Below, in pieces: positions 61,095-64,000 of a stretch of 64,000 bases of DNA. The position numbers and the translations under genes were made by a program. A model generated the notes under the pieces. It ran no database searches. It was given only the letters and a program-made list of their open reading frames with translations, and was not told where the DNA came from. Within the stretch, counting starts at the first letter, position 1; every line of letters starts with the position of its first letter. Source of the stretch: Thermodesulfobacteriota bacterium (lineage in GTDB: Bacteria > Desulfobacterota_D > UBA1144 > Nemesobacterales > JAJCZQ01); contig CBDBDR010000017.1 in the NCBI GenBank assembly GCA_965203965.1, positions 1,120,001-1,184,000 of the forward strand, given 5' to 3'.

Positions 61095-62201
61095 GTGAAA
61101 AGAACAAATCTGAAAAATAGCAAAAAACCAATTGCCGTAGATCTTTTTGCGGGCTGTGGAGGATTAACCAAAGGCTTGATAGATGCAGGATTTCAAGTTG
61201 CAACGGCAGTAGAAATTGACTCTGCGGCAGCAGAAACGTATAGGCGTAACCATCGACAAACTAAACTAATAGAAAAAGACATTCGGGAGGTTTCTGCCAC
61301 GGAGATCCTTCAAACTGCTGGAACAAGCAACGTGTCTTTGCTAGCCGGCTGCGCACCTTGTCAAGGATTCTGTTCTCTAACGTCTAAGCATAAAAAAGAT
61401 GATCCGCGCAATGAGCTTCTTTTATCTATGGCAAATCTGATAGAAGAGATTCTCCCTGACGCCATAATGATGGAGAACGTTCCAGGGTTAGCAAAAAGAG
61501 GTAAAAGCATCTTTGACAAATTTTTGAACGTTCTAAAGGATATTGGATATCAAACGGAAGGAGCATGGGGTATTCAACAAATGGCTGATTTTGGTGTTCC
61601 ACAGAACAGGAAACGATTAGTTATGTTGGCTGGGAGAAACTTTCAGATTAAATTCCCTGAACCAACTCACGTTCAATCACTTGAAAAAAATCCCAAATTA
61701 GAAAAATGGAGGACAGTAAGAGATACGATAGGCAAAATGCAAAAACCAATTACTTTGAAAAATGCTCACTGTCATGGTGGCCCTCAAGCTCATAACTGGC
61801 ATGTAGTTAGAGATATAACGTTAGAAACAAAAGAACGTTTAAAAGTAGCGAAACCAGGTCAATCACGGTTAAAAATAGACAAGTCTCTAATGCCACAATG
61901 TCATCGTAATGGATATAAAGGCTTTACAAACGTATATGGGAGAATGGAATGGGAAAATATTTCTCCCACAATTACAAGTGGTTTCACCACTCTTTCAATG
62001 GGTCGATTTGGACACCCTACACAAGACCGCACAATTTCGGTAAGGGAAGCCGCCATGCTACAAACTTTTCCAGAAGGATATGTATTCGTCACGGATACAA
62101 TGGAGTCGGTTTGTAATTTAATAGGAAATGCAGTTCCCCCGATATACGCTCAATTGGCAGGAAAACAAATTATATCCGCGATTAACAGCAGAAATGAGTA
62201 A
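61095..62201 (+). CDS. DNA cytosine-5 methyltransferase
   Basis: DLFAGCGG, PCQGF, MENV, GVPQNRKR, REAA.LQTFP, IGNAVPP. Confidence 0.95.
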   Translation: MKRTNLKNSKKPIAVDLFAGCGGLTKGLIDAGFQVATAVEIDSAAAETYRRNHRQTKLIEKDIREVSATEILQTAGTSNVSLLAGCAPCQGFCSLTSKHKKDDPRNELLLSMANLIEEILPDAIMMENVPGLAKRGKSIFDKFLNVLKDIGYQTEGAWGIQQMADFGVPQNRKRLVMLAGRNFQIKFPEPTHVQSLEKNPKLEKWRTVRDTIGKMQKPITLKNAHCHGGPQAHNWHVVRDITLETKERLKVAKPGQSRLKIDKSLMPQCHRNGYKGFTNVYGRMEWENISPTITSGFTTLSMGRFGHPTQDRTISVREAAMLQTFPEGYVFVTDTMESVCNLIGNAVPPIYAQLAGKQIISAINSRNE

Positions 62202-62637
62202 ATGGCCGGGAAATTCGAACAAAGAAAACACTACCTTCGGAGGATTAAACCGATCCCAGCTTATGTCTCGCGTGAGAAGCACTGGAAACATGACAACGGA
62301 AAACCGGCTGGCTTATTTATTGAGAAAAAGTGGCTTAGTCGGATGGAGACGACACCAGAAACTCCCTGGACGCCCCGATTTTGTATGGCCCAGGGAAAAA
62401 ATTGCCGTTTTTGTTGATGGGTGTTTTTGGCACGGCCATGAATGTGGGAGAAATCTTACACCAAAAACTAACACGAAAGAGTGGAAGGACAAGATTGAGA
62501 AAACAAAAACCAGAGATAGGAAAGCCAGCAATGCTCTTCGCGGCATGGGGTGGAAAGTAATAAGAATCTGGGAGTGTAGCCTGGCCAAATCCCCTAATAT
62601 TTGTTTGGACAGAATTAGAAAGCAATTTGATACTTGA
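62194..62637 (+). CDS. vsr: Very short patch repair endonuclease
   Basis: RSQLMSRV, LPGRPDF, FVDGCFWHGH, WECS; ATG 62194 overlaps the MTase end. Confidence 0.92.
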   Translation: MSKWPGNSNKENTTFGGLNRSQLMSRVRSTGNMTTENRLAYLLRKSGLVGWRRHQKLPGRPDFVWPREKIAVFVDGCFWHGHECGRNLTPKTNTKEWKDKIEKTKTRDRKASNALRGMGWKVIRIWECSLAKSPNICLDRIRKQFDT

Positions 62638-62669
62638 CCAGATTCGCGGCTGGTTGTAATAGATTGAGT

Positions 62670-62789
62670 AATTACCCTCGCTCAAATGGCTGATCGAACC
62701 GCTGGGTATATCTGCAAGAGTGAAACAATGAGGAAGCCATTGCAGACCGCAACAAAGCAGTTGAACTCAACCCTAGCCTTGCGGATTAA
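62670..62789 (+). pseudogene. TPR-repeat gene remnant
   Basis: *SNRWVYLQE*NNEEAIADRNKAVELNPSLAD* matches the TPR consensus, with in-frame stops. Confidence 0.6.
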
Positions 62790-62873
62790 TGAACCGATCT
62801 GAACTAACAAATAGCTACCCACTAAACTAACAATCAGCCACTTGCTAAACTTGCAAATAGCCACCCCTTAAAC

Positions 62874-62911
62874 TTGCAATCAGTTGCACTTTGAAGTTAT
62901 AATCAGTTGCA
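62874..62911 (+). promoter_or_regulatory. Promoter (TTGCAA-N18-TATAAT) with direct repeats; probably leaderless
   Basis: TATAAT 62898-62903 lies 7 nt before ATG; AATCAGTTGCA at 62878 and 62901. Confidence 0.55.
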
Positions 62912-64000
62912 TGTCAAAACTGTATCCTCGCCATATTGAGCCGCGTCTGAAAGAGGCGATGAAAGACTCTCCGGTCGTGCTGATCCATGGGCCGCGTCAG
63001 TGTGGAAAGACAACGCTTGCGCAAAAAGTGGGCAAGTCCGCAGGATACGAGTATCTCAGCATGGATGATCCGGAAACCCTGGATTATGCCCAAAATGATC
63101 CAGTGGGTTTTGTTAATTCTCTGCCCCCAAAAGTCATACTGGATGAGATTCAGAAATCTCCTGATTTTTTTTCACAGATAAAACTGACTGTTGACCAAAA
63201 CCGCATCCCTGGGCGTTTTGTTTTGACTGGTTCTGTCAGCGTCCTGCATGTGCGCGGATTGTCCGACTCGCTCGCCGGAAGAATGGAGATCATCCGCATG
63301 CATCCGCTTGCACAAACCGAACTGGCAGGCAAGAAACCGGACTTTCTGGATGCGCTGTTTTCTGCAAAATTCTCAACACGCTGGCATACGAAGCAAGTGG
63401 AACTAACGGAAAGGATCGTTTCCGGGGGCTATCCAGCCGCTCTGAAATACTCCAACAAGAAACGCCGGATTGAATGGTATGAAAGTTACTTGACGACCAT
63501 AGCTAACACAGACGCATTTACAATTTCACGCATCCAGTCTGTAGAAGACTTGCCGAAACTGCTGGAACTTTCGGCAATGTCCACCGCGCGTCTTTTGAAC
63601 GTCAATAAACTTGCATCATTTTTTCAACTTAGCCGACTGACAATTCAGGGCTACCTTTTGTTGCTGGAGCGATTGTTTCTGCTCGAGAAAGTGCCCGCAT
63701 GGCACACCAATCGCCGCAAACAGTTCGTAAAAGCACCGAAACTGCATTTGTCGGACACAGGGCTTGCCGGCGCCCTGCTGGCAGTAGACGCGGATGAGTT
63801 AAAAAAAGACCGCTCATTGCTGGGGCAGTTGCTTGAAACTTTTGTGCTTCAGGAATTAATGAGGCAGGCAGAAGGGCATAAAAACAGATATCGGTTTTTT
63901 CACTATCGGGACAAAGATAAAGTTGAAATAGATATTGTCATCTGGCGCAGCGTCAATTCCGTAGCCGGAGTGGAAGTCAAGGCATCCTCAACCATTTCTC
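62911..64000 (+). CDS. AAA_14-type ATPase with DUF4143/PD-(D/E)xK-like C-terminus (3'-partial; not in ORF track)
   Basis: MSKLYPRHI...HGPRQCGKTT, ILDEIQ, LTGS, SLAGR, GGYP, KAPKLHLSDTG, EIDIV..VEVK; runs off the window. Confidence 0.9.
   Translation, partial: MSKLYPRHIEPRLKEAMKDSPVVLIHGPRQCGKTTLAQKVGKSAGYEYLSMDDPETLDYAQNDPVGFVNSLPPKVILDEIQKSPDFFSQIKLTVDQNRIPGRFVLTGSVSVLHVRGLSDSLAGRMEIIRMHPLAQTELAGKKPDFLDALFSAKFSTRWHTKQVELTERIVSGGYPAALKYSNKKRRIEWYESYLTTIANTDAFTISRIQSVEDLPKLLELSAMSTARLLNVNKLASFFQLSRLTIQGYLLLLERLFLLEKVPAWHTNRRKQFVKAPKLHLSDTGLAGALLAVDADELKKDRSLLGQLLETFVLQELMRQAEGHKNRYRFFHYRDKDKVEIDIVIWRSVNSVAGVEVKASSTIS

Overview
AT-rich bacterial chromosome segment spanning the replication origin. 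It contains dnaA-dnaN with an intergenic oriC (DnaA boxes plus DnaA-trios), three parS palindromes around mnmE, and housekeeping or metabolic genes (atpDC, class II RNR with NrdR boxes, folate/thiamine/aromatic amino-acid genes, pyk, leuA, dnaE, partial T2SS genes). There are two accessory regions. (1) At ~1.2-4.5 kb is a decayed Mu-like prophage remnant: a 5'-truncated MuF gene with a putative PBECR-type RNase tail, a Dam-like MTase with a PD-(D/E)xK nuclease, and an XRE repressor. (2) At ~56.2-64 kb is a defence island: type I hsdM-hsdS with no hsdR in the window, a GHKL/MORC-like ATPase-nuclease, a C5-MTase, Vsr and an AAA ATPase. The top lead is a GC-rich, self-complementary ~117-nt element directly behind the MuF gene, with its own near-consensus convergent sigma70 promoter; it is a candidate RNA antitoxin sitting where a protein immunity gene would be expected. 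Other leads are a CHAD-ParA-CYTH operon (possible polyphosphate granule positioning), a 337-bp duplication carrying parS and the mnmE 3' end, REP-like elements inserted in frame into nrdJ and hsdS, a probable ATT/ATA start for folD, and cysteine-less DUF35 proteins. All family calls are by motif recognition, without database searches.
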